Shown: positions 1 through 11,229, counted from the first letter of the stretch. The stretch: 64,000 nucleotides of DNA from an uncultured Nitrososphaeraceae archaeon (GCA_963779615.1 CAVZZA010000004.1:192001-256000); one strand, 5' to 3'. The notes: generated from the sequence alone by a model not told the origin. Numbers and translations: made by a program.

Positions 1-138
1 CAGCATTTCCAAAAGTTTTACTATGTCAATTTTCCATACATCTTGTTTATCTATGAGGGAAGGATTAAACAATAGGTTCAAAGGCGGTTGGGAAAATCTT
101 TTTTTTGTAATAGAGTCATTTGGTTCTTCAACAGTCAA
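1..138 (-). CDS. scpA: Segregation/condensation protein ScpA, N-terminal part (runs off the window)
   Basis: Manual translation from TTG at 138: MTVEEPNDSITKKRFSQPPLNLLFNPSLIDKQDVWKIDIVKLLEML. The DVWxIDIxxL motif matches the kleisin ScpA N-terminus. Confidence 0.7.
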   Translation of the reverse strand, partial: MTVEEPNDSITKKRFSQPPLNLLFNPSLIDKQDVWKIDIVKLLEML

Positions 139-563
139 AGCAGTTTACATTAAATAATCCCACCTATCATTTATTGGTATTTGCCTTTTTTAGTGCGACT
201 TTATCGCCAATGAAGGCAACGCAGGATATGAATTTATTATGATGGGATATTCCCCTTTTTTGTATGCTATACAAATTAGGGAAAGGAAAACTTCAAGTAA
301 GTTGGGCAACATTTCGATTTTGCAAATATGTTAAATCCCGTTTATTTTTTTGTATTTCCCTAATTCATCATATCGCATTACCAAAAACAAAGAAATTAAA
401 TTCGGCAAAAAAAAAATCAATGAATAAGCCAAAAAATTTGCAGAATAAGCAATAAACTTGGTTTTACCTTATGAAGGGTAAAACTTTGTTCAAAATACAT
501 TTATATAATATTTTCAAGATGAAAAAACTTAGTTAAAGTTGTTTACAGGGGGGATTTATTGAA

Positions 564-1409
564 ATGAGCGAAAATACCATATGTATAAAAACTCAGGAAA
601 AAATTCTAAGCAACATAAACAGGTTTCCCTCTTTCTCGATAATTGTTCCAACATTTAACGAAGCCCAGAATATTTTGGATTTGATTGACTCTATAAAAAA
701 CAGCATCAGTAGGGCAAATTATTATGAGTTGATAATAGTTGACGATAATTCACCCGATGGAACAACGAATAAAATCATCGATTCCTTCAATGAGTCAAAT
801 GGATTCACCATTTACAATATAGAAGGTTTCACGGATAACAATTCAGATAAAAGTTTTTTGATTTTTCCCAGCCATAGCAGTTTTAATTTTTTTATAAAAG
901 TCATTATAAGAAATGAAAAATTTGGGTTAATATCAGCTATTCATGACGGAATTAAATCCTCCATCAGCAAGTATATCATAATAATGGATGCGGATTTATC
1001 TCACTCTCCATCTTACCTAAATATTTTGCTTCAAGAAATTAAAAATTCTAAAAGCGACCTTGTAATAGCATCAAGATACCTAAAGGATGGCAAGATACTG
1101 GGCTGGACAAAGAAAAGAATTTTCTACAGCAAGGCTGCCACTTTTATTTCAAAGTCTCTCTTTAAACTAAACAACATAACGGATCCCATGTCTGGATTTT
1201 TTATTATAAAAAGGGACATCATTAAGAATATGAAATTTAACACATCTGGATATAAAATTTTGTTGGAAATACTGGTGAAGTCAAAAAACATCAAAAGTAA
1301 GGAAATACCCTATACATTTATTAATAGAAAAAACGGCTCTAGTAAACTCAGTTCAAGGGTTGTGATTGATTTTTTTAAGGCTCTGGTAATACTTTATAAT
1401 CGCACGTAG
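564..1409 (+). CDS. Polyprenol/dolichol-phosphate mannosyltransferase-like GT2
   Basis: IIVPTFNE, IVDDNSPDGT, MDADLSH, DPMSGFF, GYKILLE and R..GSSKL motifs of DPM1-like GT2. Confidence 0.85.
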   Translation: MSENTICIKTQEKILSNINRFPSFSIIVPTFNEAQNILDLIDSIKNSISRANYYELIIVDDNSPDGTTNKIIDSFNESNGFTIYNIEGFTDNNSDKSFLIFPSHSSFNFFIKVIIRNEKFGLISAIHDGIKSSISKYIIIMDADLSHSPSYLNILLQEIKNSKSDLVIASRYLKDGKILGWTKKRIFYSKAATFISKSLFKLNNITDPMSGFFIIKRDIIKNMKFNTSGYKILLEILVKSKNIKSKEIPYTFINRKNGSSKLSSRVVIDFFKALVILYNRT

Positions 1410-1476
1410 ACCAGTCCAGGCTGCTTTATTCACAACTAGATAACTCACGAGACGCCAATTTAAAATAATTCAACAT

Positions 1477-2439
1477 GTGATAAATTTTATGTTAAAATTT
1501 GAAAAAATTATCTCACTTTTGCCTAGTGCCACAGAAATAATATTTGCATTAGGGCTCGAAGATAGATTGAAGGGTGTCACACATGAATGCACCTACCCTA
1601 CAGGAGCATTAAACAAACCCAAAATTATTGAGCCTTCATTTGATGTAAAAAATTTAGACAGCACAGAGATTGATAAAAAAATTAAAGAGATGTCCTTTAA
1701 TGATCAGCCAATATTTACCCTAAATCCAGAAAAAATCAAGGACATCAAACCAGATTTAATAATTAGCCAAGATATTTGTGAGGTATGCGCCCCTTTTAAA
1801 AGGGAAATTCAACAAATTTATTCCTTTTTAGGCTACAGTCCAAGAAACATTAGCCTTAATCCTAAAAACATTGCTGGTATTTTTAACAGCATAACAATGA
1901 TAGGAAAAGAGGTAGGTAATTCTGAAAATGCCTTGAAAATAGTACAAGAATTAACCAAAAGAGTCGAGTTTATAGGGGAAAAGATAATGAGTTCGAGTCT
2001 TGCCACTAGAATAAAAAAACAAAAAATTATTTGTTTGGAATGGGTTTCTCCATTTTATGTAGCTGGACACTGGATCCCGGAAATGGTGGAAATCGCAGGC
2101 GGAATTAATGGAATTTCAAAGAAGGGCGATTCCTCCAGAATAATTTCACTTGATGAAATTATGGACTTTGACCCCAATAAGATTATTTTTATGCCCTGTG
2201 GTTTCGATATTGACAGAACTAAAAAAGAAGTAATGCTCTCAAACATTTTTAAAAACTGGAATTCATTAAGAGCGGTAAAGATGAATGAAATATATCTAGT
2301 TGATGCAGGTTCATATTTTAGCAAACCTGGCCCAAGGATTATCTCGGGCCTTGAGGTTTTGGCAAAAATCATTCACCCTGACCTATTTGATAGTTTAAAA
2401 GTTCCTCCCCGCAGTTACATAAGAATGGAAAATAGTTAA
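1477..2439 (+). CDS. Cobalamin/iron-siderophore ABC substrate-binding protein (BtuF-like)
   Basis: KIISLLPSATEII, GVTHEC, LEW..P.YVAGHWIPEMV..AGG, YFSKPGPR. Confidence 0.8.
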   Translation: MINFMLKFEKIISLLPSATEIIFALGLEDRLKGVTHECTYPTGALNKPKIIEPSFDVKNLDSTEIDKKIKEMSFNDQPIFTLNPEKIKDIKPDLIISQDICEVCAPFKREIQQIYSFLGYSPRNISLNPKNIAGIFNSITMIGKEVGNSENALKIVQELTKRVEFIGEKIMSSSLATRIKKQKIICLEWVSPFYVAGHWIPEMVEIAGGINGISKKGDSSRIISLDEIMDFDPNKIIFMPCGFDIDRTKKEVMLSNIFKNWNSLRAVKMNEIYLVDAGSYFSKPGPRIISGLEVLAKIIHPDLFDSLKVPPRSYIRMENS

Positions 2440-3170
2440 TCGGGTATCATTGAATTTAAACCATCGACACAATACCCCTGTTGCACTAGATAGCAAATAC
2501 ATCCATTTTTAACACCTTTATCAACAAAGCTAACAGGATAGTGAGCATCGGATGTATTGGTAAATTTGCCATCTTTATTTGAAGTCATGGATTTAACAGG
2601 ATAAAAAATAATCGATTCTGAATCATCCGGATTGTCATTATGACCATACATCAAATTCGAAATCTCTATACCAAATCTTACCGGATACGGCCTATTGTCG
2701 ATTTTATTCCACCATTCTATGCCACTGAAACAGCTTGAGAAATGATACGAAAACGAACTTTCAGCAGTCAGATCTAAAACAAAAGTTTCATCTATTTCCG
2801 TATGTAAATTTTTTAAATAGTACTCAATTGACCGTTTTGATTTATCAAATTTGATTTGCCTTAGATAGTTATGTCCTGTATCAGGCAAAACTTTGATAAA
2901 CCGGTATTTGTTAAAACCGTTAAAAATTGCCTCAAAATAATTCTGGTCATCATATTGACTGATAAGGTTTAACTCTACTGCAATGTTTTGGGTGTTGAAC
3001 AACTCTAGCAAATAAAGCATCCAAGATCTATCCGGAATCTCGTTTTTAAAATCGCGGACAATCTTTATGTTGTCCGTGACAATGTTGAATTTGTGACAGT
3101 AGTCCAGGTAAAATTCTTGAGGATTGTTTATCGAACCCAACCAAAAATGCAATGATCTTGATATCGACAC
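2436..3170 (-). CDS. Hypothetical protein
   Basis: 244-aa ORF with protein-like composition; no family recognised. Confidence 0.6.
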   Translation of the reverse strand: MSISRSLHFWLGSINNPQEFYLDYCHKFNIVTDNIKIVRDFKNEIPDRSWMLYLLELFNTQNIAVELNLISQYDDQNYFEAIFNGFNKYRFIKVLPDTGHNYLRQIKFDKSKRSIEYYLKNLHTEIDETFVLDLTAESSFSYHFSSCFSGIEWWNKIDNRPYPVRFGIEISNLMYGHNDNPDDSESIIFYPVKSMTSNKDGKFTNTSDAHYPVSFVDKGVKNGCICYLVQQGYCVDGLNSMIPD

Positions 3171-3257
3171 CGGATATTTAAAAAAAACCTATATTGATTT
3201 ATGTTTTTTTTCATATTGTTCGTTAAAAAATTAAGGTAAAAACGGTTTTTTCCTCAT

Positions 3258-3998
3258 TTACCTATCCTGTTGTACAGGTCTTATCAGTATTTCATTCACA
3301 TTTACGTGATTTGGGGTCTGAAGAGCATACAGAATGGAGTTTGCAATATCGTCCGCCTGGAGTGGCTCCATTTTCTTTACATTCTCCAAAAAAGCGTTCA
3401 ACGATGTGTCCGTTATGGTATCGGTTAGTTCGGTAGCCACAACACCTGGCTCTACACATGTGACTCTGATATTATAGCGTATACTATATTCCTGGCGAAG
3501 GCCCTCACTGAATGCGGTGATGGCGTGTTTAGTCGCACAGTAAACACTGCCTGCAGGAAAAACAATTCTACCAGCCGTTGACGAAATATTTACAATATGG
3601 CCTGATTTGTTATTAGCCATAAATGGAATTACTGCAGCGGTACAGTAGAGCACTCCTTTGATGTTCACATCCACCATTCTGTCCCACTCATCGACTTTCA
3701 GGCTTTTAAAAAAACTAAGGGGCATTATTCCCGCATTGTTAACAAGAATATCAATATTTCCATACTTTTCATTAGCAATTTTTGCGAAATTATTGCATTC
3801 TTCTCTTTGGGTAACATCGAGTTTTTGGATGGTTATTTCGCCTCCCCGATTTTCTATAGCCTTTTTCAGCTCCTCCAGCCTTTCAACCCTTCTTGCCCCA
3901 GCTACAATTTTAGCCCCTTCCTTCGCAAGTGCGATTGCAGTTGAATATCCTATACCACTGCTGGCTCCTGTAATCAGTGCAGTTTTGCCTTTAATCAT
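3258..3998 (-). CDS. Short-chain dehydrogenase/reductase
   Basis: TGASSGIG, NNAG and YCATK catalytic motifs. Confidence 0.92.
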   Translation of the reverse strand: MIKGKTALITGASSGIGYSTAIALAKEGAKIVAGARRVERLEELKKAIENRGGEITIQKLDVTQREECNNFAKIANEKYGNIDILVNNAGIMPLSFFKSLKVDEWDRMVDVNIKGVLYCTAAVIPFMANNKSGHIVNISSTAGRIVFPAGSVYCATKHAITAFSEGLRQEYSIRYNIRVTCVEPGVVATELTDTITDTSLNAFLENVKKMEPLQADDIANSILYALQTPNHVNVNEILIRPVQQDR

Positions 3999-4374
3999 CA
4001 GTAGTCCTGTTATGCAAAATATTGTTTAAATCTATCCATTCCTTTTTAAATTTGCTATAGCATTCTCTAATTTCAAATTCCATTATATCAGCAAATGCTA
4101 CTCAGGCGCATATTCACACAATCACACTTTAAAACAATGTATGGGTTTATCTTCCCATTGACGACCACCTTGAAAATAACTTATATACATTTAATCGTTA
4201 ATGTTTCAATAGTATCCTATAAAAGGACTCTTTCTCCCTACCAATATACCTTACATATGAATGCGATTGGAAACTCAACATAGAGCTACATAAATTATGT
4301 GATATCACGATCCTAATCGTTTTCTTTAATGTCAATAAAAAGGCTTAATAATTTTCCACCTAAATGTATTAATA

Positions 4375-4941
4375 ATGACATCTGGAAAATATTTTAATAA
4401 GGGCGTAAAAACCTTGGATGAGCCTAATGTTGGGTTTGTTGCGAGGGAAACCCCGGATAAAATTGTAATTTTTGGAGAAAAAAACGAAAGGTTTGATGTC
4501 CCAATAACAGAAATCCAACAAGTTGGTGCGAATGTTTTATTGGGTCTTAAATTTGAAGAACTCAAAAAATATGCCGTTCCTAGGAATTCTCCGCTTCCAT
4601 CAAGCAGAAAAGACCCATGGGAAGACCGTGATTCAGTCACCGATCTGGCCAGCTATGAAGGCAGGTATCCCAACTCTTTGTTTAACAAAGGGGTTAGAGC
4701 CAAAAATGAGGATGACGTTGGACACGTATTCAAAGAAACCAATGACAAAATTGTAGTGTTTGGGCAGTATAATCAAAGATTTGATATTCCCAAAAGTGAA
4801 ATTTACCAGGTTGGCATGAACGTTATCTTAAAGATAGACTTTCCGGAAATACACAAATATGCCGTTAACAAAGACAGCCCATTGCCTACAGGCGAGCCAC
4901 TACATGCTCTCAATGAAGAGGCTTACCCTGAAAAGAAATAA
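4375..4941 (+). CDS. Protein with two tandem ~72-aa repeated domains (PRC-barrel-like)
   Basis: FNKGV...VG.V..ET.DKIV.FG..N.RFD.P..EI.QVG.NV.L...F.E..KYAV...SPLP occurs twice. Confidence 0.75.
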   Translation: MTSGKYFNKGVKTLDEPNVGFVARETPDKIVIFGEKNERFDVPITEIQQVGANVLLGLKFEELKKYAVPRNSPLPSSRKDPWEDRDSVTDLASYEGRYPNSLFNKGVRAKNEDDVGHVFKETNDKIVVFGQYNQRFDIPKSEIYQVGMNVILKIDFPEIHKYAVNKDSPLPTGEPLHALNEEAYPEKK

Positions 4942-5230
4942 AATCACAAAAAACTCTTTTTTTTGAGTTGAAAGTTGTTTGAACGCTTTTGAATCATATT
5001 AAGAGATAACAAATTTGGAATAATAAAAGGTCGATACTTATTACAGTAATTGCCAAATCAACTTGCTTTTAAATTTCCAAATGGCATTTGCTTAAAAAAT
5101 ACCCTTTTTTTAGATGATTTGCTAATTTATCTGGCCAAAGTGTGAGTTTTAACCCTGCAAAATCAATAGAAGAATCATTAGATCCATTCAATTAAACATT
5201 TTATTAATCATAGGGAAAATGTAATATCGA

Positions 5231-6265
5231 ATGATTGAAGATACAGTTTTAATAGTTAATCCAAACTCAAATAGTGGACTAACAGGCAAAAATTGGGATT
5301 CTATTTTTCATACGCTTTGTGAATTTTTCGGAGATAATATTGAAGTTGTTTTTACAAAAAAAGAGGGAGACGGTACCGCATTGGCTAGAGATTACCTAAA
5401 GAAGGGCTTTAAAAACATTATGCCAATAGGGGGAGACGGCATGATAAACGAGGTGGCGAACGGTTTTTTTGAGGAGGACTTCGAAGACCATCAGGTTGGT
5501 TTGAATGCGGATACTGATTTTTTACCTCCTTTGACCCTAAAACCAATAAACTCAAAATCTACAATGACAGTACTGCCCTCTGGAACAAGAAATGTATTGA
5601 TCCAGTCACTAAGCTTACCTAATGATTTTGAAGAGTGCTGCAAAATTTTAGCTAGCTGCAAAACTTCAAAAAAAATCGATGTCATTGCTGCTCTTGTCAC
5701 AGATCCCGAAAATCCTTCAAAAAGCATAAAGAGAGTTTTTCTTAACGCCGCGGAGATAGGCATAGGCGCGGAGATAATCAGCAAGGCAAAAGACATGAGA
5801 AAAAAGGTAAATAGCAGGCTTTTATCCACGATAGCCGGAATAGCTACTACCATACCGACCTACAAAAGCAACATTTGCGAAATCACCATAGGCTCGGATA
5901 AGGAGGGTGGCAAAATGGATGATAAAATTATTACCAAAATGACAATGGGAATCATAGCTAATGGCAGATTCCTAGGGGGAGGGGTTCAAGCTGCAACAAA
6001 AGCCACCATGGACGATGGTTTGTTGGATATAGTCATAATAAAGGATTCAGATGGCCTTGCCTTTTTGAAAGAGGCCATTAATATGAAAAATGATGATCCT
6101 TCTACAACAGAGGTAGGGGAAAACATTTACTATAATCAATCAAAGAATGTCTCATTGATATCTAAAGAGGAAAAAGATGTTATTGTTACAATGGATGGTG
6201 AACCAATTGGAGAATTACCAGCATTCTTCAAGGTATTTCCAAGCTTTCTCAGTATAAGGATTTAA
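5231..6265 (+). CDS. Diacylglycerol kinase family (YegS/DAGK) lipid kinase
   Basis: IVNPNS, GGDGMINEVANG, LPSGTRN, NGRFLGGG, DDGLLD, DGE. Confidence 0.88.
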   Translation: MIEDTVLIVNPNSNSGLTGKNWDSIFHTLCEFFGDNIEVVFTKKEGDGTALARDYLKKGFKNIMPIGGDGMINEVANGFFEEDFEDHQVGLNADTDFLPPLTLKPINSKSTMTVLPSGTRNVLIQSLSLPNDFEECCKILASCKTSKKIDVIAALVTDPENPSKSIKRVFLNAAEIGIGAEIISKAKDMRKKVNSRLLSTIAGIATTIPTYKSNICEITIGSDKEGGKMDDKIITKMTMGIIANGRFLGGGVQAATKATMDDGLLDIVIIKDSDGLAFLKEAINMKNDDPSTTEVGENIYYNQSKNVSLISKEEKDVIVTMDGEPIGELPAFFKVFPSFLSIRI

Positions 6266-6301
6266 AACAACAGATGTGAAATAAAACGTTTATTCAGGTT
6301 T

Positions 6302-6931
6302 TTAAAACAGAACTTGAGGCTCTTCATTTAGAAATAGTTCATCTTTATGAAGATTTGCAAATAGATTCAACCAATTGACTACATGCTTTAAGTTGCATTT
6401 CTTTTTTTGTCATGGAAAATTATCGTCAAAGCATTCGGTCCTGTCCATTAAGACTGCATGTTTCTTTCAACAACGCTTTTCTCGTAGGTGGAATGAAGAT
6501 AATGCTTCAGTTTCAAAAACAGACAAGCAAGCTTGTGTATACCATATGCCACCATTTGTTGAGACTGGATGTTGGCCACGTTCGTCCACAATATCCGACA
6601 GAAGGTGCTCTGGAGCAAACGTGTTCCGTTCCTTTGATATGCCAGTTCCAATGATTTCATTACTTTCAAGGTCAATTGCGACCCAAAGCCATATTGATTC
6701 AGAACCAATTTTTATAACCGTCTCATCTATTACATGCTCTGAGACGTTCTTTTTCTTTGATGATATTTTTTGAGGATTGTACCTCTGGATCCAGTTCCAT
6801 ATGGAAACGTGATTCCTCTTAATGGAGCAGGATGGCGGTCTTTAAGATGTTCTTCTTAAAGATGGGCCTGAAAAGTAAAAATACAAACCATAGAGAATGT
6901 ACTCTGATGGTGTCCTGTTCCTGGTATCCAC
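6302..6931 (-). pseudogene. Degenerate IS6-family (IS240-like DDE) transposase
   Basis: Reconstructed across stops and frameshifts: RNRTPSEYILYGLYFYFSG, RNHVSIWNWIQRY, VIDETVIKIGSESIWLWVAID, ISKERN, HPVSTNGGIWY, KSVVER, DRTECFDDNFP. Confidence 0.85.
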
Positions 6932-7476
6932 AAAGGGGATGTGACACCTTTAAGCTAAAGGATTTCCCTATAATGAACAGAGCTGTGTTTGACTACTTTG
7001 ATAATAATTATGGAATGTATTTTAAGATGGCCATTATGGGAATTAGTTGTTAATTAACGTCACAAATACTCATTAAGGATTAATAGTGTGTAGTTTCGCT
7101 TAAATCCGGATATGGCTCTACCTGAATTAAGGTCGAAACTTGTCATTATTGGACCTATAGAAATTTGTAAACCTTTTTTTGTTCTTTTTAGTTACATTTA
7201 TTTTGTTGAGATATAAAAACAAAGATAAAAGTTATTTCCATTTGACAAACTTGTGCCATGAACCAAACAAGACAGATGCGCTATAAAGCCCATGGCTCAA
7301 TTTAATATTGTATAGTAAATTCAATTTAGCTCTAAATAATCAATATTATGTTTTTTTTAGCTGACTTTATACAAATATTAGGGAATTTTGTTTATGTTGT
7401 TATTTGAAATTAAAATCAAATAATTCGATAAAATGCATAACACAAGTTTTTTATATTTATGTTGTAACATATTTTT

Positions 7477-7701
7477 GTGTCTGAAGAAAAGGGTATAACA
7501 TACAATACACATTTTAGACAAGTTCCTGGCCTCGGTTTGGTGGCAGTTGTTCCAAAAGAATGGTTAAACAAAAAAGTTAGTTTTGAGTATGAAGAAAAAG
7601 AATTTGAAGCTGATGTGATGTATAGAGGAAAAAGATCCATTATCCGTTTGGACTATAAATCTTCTAGTGGTGGCCCTGTAACTGTAAAACTGCTAAATTA
7701 G
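7477..7701 (+). CDS. Small hypothetical protein
   Basis: 74-aa ORF from GTG, with a TATA-like TTTATATT about 25 bp upstream; beta-rich composition. Confidence 0.65.
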   Translation: MSEEKGITYNTHFRQVPGLGLVAVVPKEWLNKKVSFEYEEKEFEADVMYRGKRSIIRLDYKSSSGGPVTVKLLN

Positions 7702-7822
7702 ATATGGTAGTTGGGCTTTTGCATACCAATGAATTTGATTATGCTTTTTGTTAGAGCTTTTTTATCCTTTTTGACAAGTTCCTGGTTTATTTTATGAATT
7801 AAAGGTAAAGAGAATGCACAGA

Positions 7823-8182
7823 TTAGAGCAATTTTAAATGCCCTGTTAACCTGTCTAGTCTAGGAGATGTGTCAGGACCAAACCCGCAACAAGTAAGAGT
7901 GTTTGGTTCTATCTGTGTCTTTCCTGCATCCCTTATTGCTGTCGTTAAAATATTAAACTCCCTTGCTTTTTTCATTAAATCTATTAATTCCCTTTCGGAT
8001 TTTACCTTTAATACCGCTTTTCTCTGGTTTCCATGGTTAATCCAGTTATACATGTTATCAATGTTATTGTAAACAACAGAACTACACGCATGACCTACCT
8101 GGGCTGCAATTTTACCACAACCCATGTCTAAGTCTTTTCTAACCACTATGACAAATTTAACATCCTCTTTCGAATCCATCAT
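7823..8182 (-). CDS. pth2: Peptidyl-tRNA hydrolase Pth2
   Basis: VVRKDLDMGCGKIAAQVGHA, DAGKTQI, GP...D.LTGHLKLL. Confidence 0.93.
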   Translation of the reverse strand: MMDSKEDVKFVIVVRKDLDMGCGKIAAQVGHACSSVVYNNIDNMYNWINHGNQRKAVLKVKSERELIDLMKKAREFNILTTAIRDAGKTQIEPNTLTCCGFGPDTSPRLDRLTGHLKLL

Positions 8183-8444
8183 TAATACAATTTCATATCA
8201 CTATTAAGAAGTAATAGTAAATTTTTTGATTGGATTTTTGATTGGATTCCATGCTCTGCTGTAATGGATGCATCCCACCGGTAAAAGAGCATTTTAAATT
8301 GAGTTGAACTAACTTGTCCACGAGTTGGCCAGGCACAAAAGGTTTCATTATCTCATTTTGAATAAATTTGCATGATGAACATAGTTTTATGAAACATTGA
8401 TAGAAAAATTTAATTGTTTTTGACACCAATACCAAATTATTGTA

Positions 8445-8849
8445 ATGCTGAAGATACAGCAATTTATAATAATAAATGATATATCCATATTTGGCTTATT
8501 AATTTTATTTTTTATTGGCTTTTTGGCCTATGATTATGAAGTCCTTGCTATAAAGGAGCCGTTCATAAAGATGCCAACGGACTATAAGTTTTTTTTTGAG
8601 TTTTTGCCATGGGTTTTACTTTTATTATTGATAATAGATCTTTATCTAAAGTACCAGTTATCCGAAGGAAACCCAAAATATTTCCTAAAAAAGTATTGGA
8701 CTGATATTTTGCTAACGATTCTCCTACCCATATTGTTCCCATTGAAGTATTTCAAAGTTACACTAAAAATCTACAAGTACTCAAAATTTGCCAAATCTGG
8801 CTTTAAGTTAATTCAAAAATACGATAAAATTTTCCGGTCGAAAAAATAA
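8445..8849 (+). CDS. Small membrane protein
   Basis: Three hydrophobic segments and a basic C-terminus; DLYLKY...YFLKKYWTDILL loosely resembles an ion-transport N-terminal helix set. Confidence 0.55.
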   Translation: MLKIQQFIIINDISIFGLLILFFIGFLAYDYEVLAIKEPFIKMPTDYKFFFEFLPWVLLLLLIIDLYLKYQLSEGNPKYFLKKYWTDILLTILLPILFPLKYFKVTLKIYKYSKFAKSGFKLIQKYDKIFRSKK

Positions 8850-9230
8850 CCAATCCTTAATTTTTTTATGTTCATGTAACACAATTAATTGTTGATTTGT
8901 GGTATTGAAGTGGTAGAATAATTCTGCGATCGGGTACTATCGCTGTAAATCACTGCATTGAAACTGTAATGGATTCAACATGGCAATGTCTTAATTTGAT
9001 GGGGTGTAAATCAAGTTGAAAACCAATTGGTTTACTACAAAATCCATTAAGGAAACTTCTATTTTCATTTGGATAATAAAATATTTGTAATTGTCATTTT
9101 TTGTTACATATATAAACAAAATTGTTTCTGATGTTACCTAACATGATATTTATATAAAAGATACCTAAAAAAATATGTGAATACAAAAACAAATTTTGAA
9201 AAGGGTGAAATATGATCTAAAAAATATGAG

Positions 9231-9263
9231 TTATTTTATTTTATTTTATTTTATTTTATTTTA
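9231..9263. repeat. (TTATT)n pentanucleotide microsatellite, about 6.5 units
   Basis: ttattttattttattttattttattttatttta, about 70 bp upstream of the PsbP-like gene. Confidence 0.85.
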
Positions 9264-9331
9264 ACATCGATCATCCGCATTCCCTTGCACAATAATAATA
9301 GATTTAAATAATCTAATGGAACCTCAACAAT

Positions 9332-9922
9332 ATGAGAAAAATTCCATCGCGTAAATCAATGACAGCACCGATTTTCCTTTCGTTGTTTGCAATTACAATT
9401 TTCTTGTTACTATCGTCAAATTACAACAATTACCAGTCTTTTGCACAGAAAGACAACTTTTTGGCATATAAAAATAATGCCACAGGAATTGAAATACAGT
9501 ATCCTTCTGATTGGATGAAAATTGAACAAGGCAAAAGCCCATTTGTTATACCCCCAGATGTACTTGTATTGCAACCACCAAATAATGACAGCTCAAATAC
9601 AATTCCAGCTACATTCAGAGTAGCTGTTCAAAATGTAAATACGACATTAGATACCTTTACTAACAGAACCATTGCATCGTTAATGGAAAATACACCTGGA
9701 GCCAAGATAATCGAATCCAATAAAACAACTCTTGCTGGAAACCCAGCACATAAAGTATTGGGCATGTTTAAGCAGGAAAACAAAGATATCAATGTAATAG
9801 ATGAATGGACCATCAAAAGCGAAAAACTTTATAGGATCACTTTTTATTCAGAACAAGGAAGTTATTCCAAATACCTGCCAACCACACAAAAAATGATTGA
9901 TTCATTTGCAATATTGAAATAA
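9332..9922 (+). CDS. Secreted PsbP/Mog1-like domain protein
   Basis: N-terminal signal/TM helix; Y.N...GI.IQYPSDW, TLAGNPAH, Y.ITF, YLPT.QKMIDSF. Confidence 0.8.
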   Translation: MRKIPSRKSMTAPIFLSLFAITIFLLLSSNYNNYQSFAQKDNFLAYKNNATGIEIQYPSDWMKIEQGKSPFVIPPDVLVLQPPNNDSSNTIPATFRVAVQNVNTTLDTFTNRTIASLMENTPGAKIIESNKTTLAGNPAHKVLGMFKQENKDINVIDEWTIKSEKLYRITFYSEQGSYSKYLPTTQKMIDSFAILK

Positions 9923-10288
9923 CAATTAACAGTGTTCTGATTGAAAATCAGGCAATAATGACGATTATTTGCAATGATATAGCCATTGCCATTACTTTAT
10001 CCAAAAAATTTATTTTTTTAATGCTTAAAACAAATATGATATGCCAGTCCATTTGTAGTCCAAATTTACATCAAATTCAAATAAAGGTTGTTCACAACAT
10101 CCGCAACAACCGTCACATACTTCAATCAGAGATAAAACTTAAAGCTAAAATGGTCATTATCAAAATGGGCGGAGGATTGAGTCTAACCTTGATCCTGTAA
10201 AATTCATTCTCTATTTAACGATGAATAGGCTTAAAGATTGAAATGAGTTTTAGCCTGGCGTTATAACAACAGTAGTACCTTTGTGAAA

Positions 10289-10738
10289 TCAAATAAAATC
10301 TTTAACTTCCAGGGTGTCAAAGTCAGTCCAAATGTTATATCCTGTGAACACAAACACGTGAAAATGCAGGTGTGGGAGATATGTGTAGCCTGTCACGCCA
10401 ACCCTGGCTATCTCTTGGCCTGCGCGCACTTGTTGGCCCACCCGTACCCTTGCACTGCCAGGCTCAAGGTGGTCGTATCGTGAGTATTCTCCGTTTGGAT
10501 GCATAATTGTAATAAAATTCGCATAAAGCCAATATAGTGGACTAGGGCCTCCAACATTGAAATCGTCTTGGACAAAAATTACTTTTCCGTCTGCCGCAGC
10601 AAGGACCGGTGTATATCGCGAAGCAATTAGGTCAACTGCATTTCTAAGGCTCCCAAAATGTAACGGAGACTTTCGCTCTATTCTCTGCAGAGATTTTTTT
10701 GGTAATGGTAAATTATACCTGTTTTGAGTTATCATCAA
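10289..10738 (-). CDS. M23 family metallopeptidase (single domain)
   Basis: H....AVD, TPVLAAADG.V, YDHL, V.VGQ.V.AGQ.IA.VG.TG, PHLHF. Confidence 0.88.
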   Translation of the reverse strand: MMITQNRYNLPLPKKSLQRIERKSPLHFGSLRNAVDLIASRYTPVLAAADGKVIFVQDDFNVGGPSPLYWLYANFITIMHPNGEYSRYDHLEPGSARVRVGQQVRAGQEIARVGVTGYTYLPHLHFHVFVFTGYNIWTDFDTLEVKDFI

Positions 10739-11229
10739 AAATATACGACGCCTTTTAAACTGGTTTGTTAAACTACTATAAAAGGAGTAAAAAACAAACA
10801 GTCGGCTGAACCTTTTTGTGGTTCGGTTCTAACTATTCATTCTTTTTTGTTGTTTTGGTGTGGTCTGTAAAGGAGGAGGAAGGGTTAGATGCATATGCAT
10901 TAGCATTTGAATTGGCTGTTGCATCCATATCTGTTGATGTTAGTCGTCTTAATTTTCTCAAATTTTTTTAGCTGTGTTTACGCCCATGTTTGATATGTGT
11001 CTTGAGTTGTCCTTTGCCTGTTGCATTAATGATTTCCCTGAATTCAAGTTTCAGAATATCATGTTGTTTGTAAGTTTGAATGCGGATACAATTTAGACCT
11101 ATGAGGAGTTTTTGCGATTGTTTGTGCTGAAGGGTCAAATGGTCGGATAGACGCAAAACTTCATCCTATCAGGGAAGCACTACCGGTAAATACGCAATTG
11201 CCTCTTTCCTTTATCGTGCAAATAACAGC

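Noticed and set aside
6375-7053. ORF-track proteins at 6375, 6412, 6448 and 6832
   Set aside because: These are antisense or partial frames of the IS6 transposase relic
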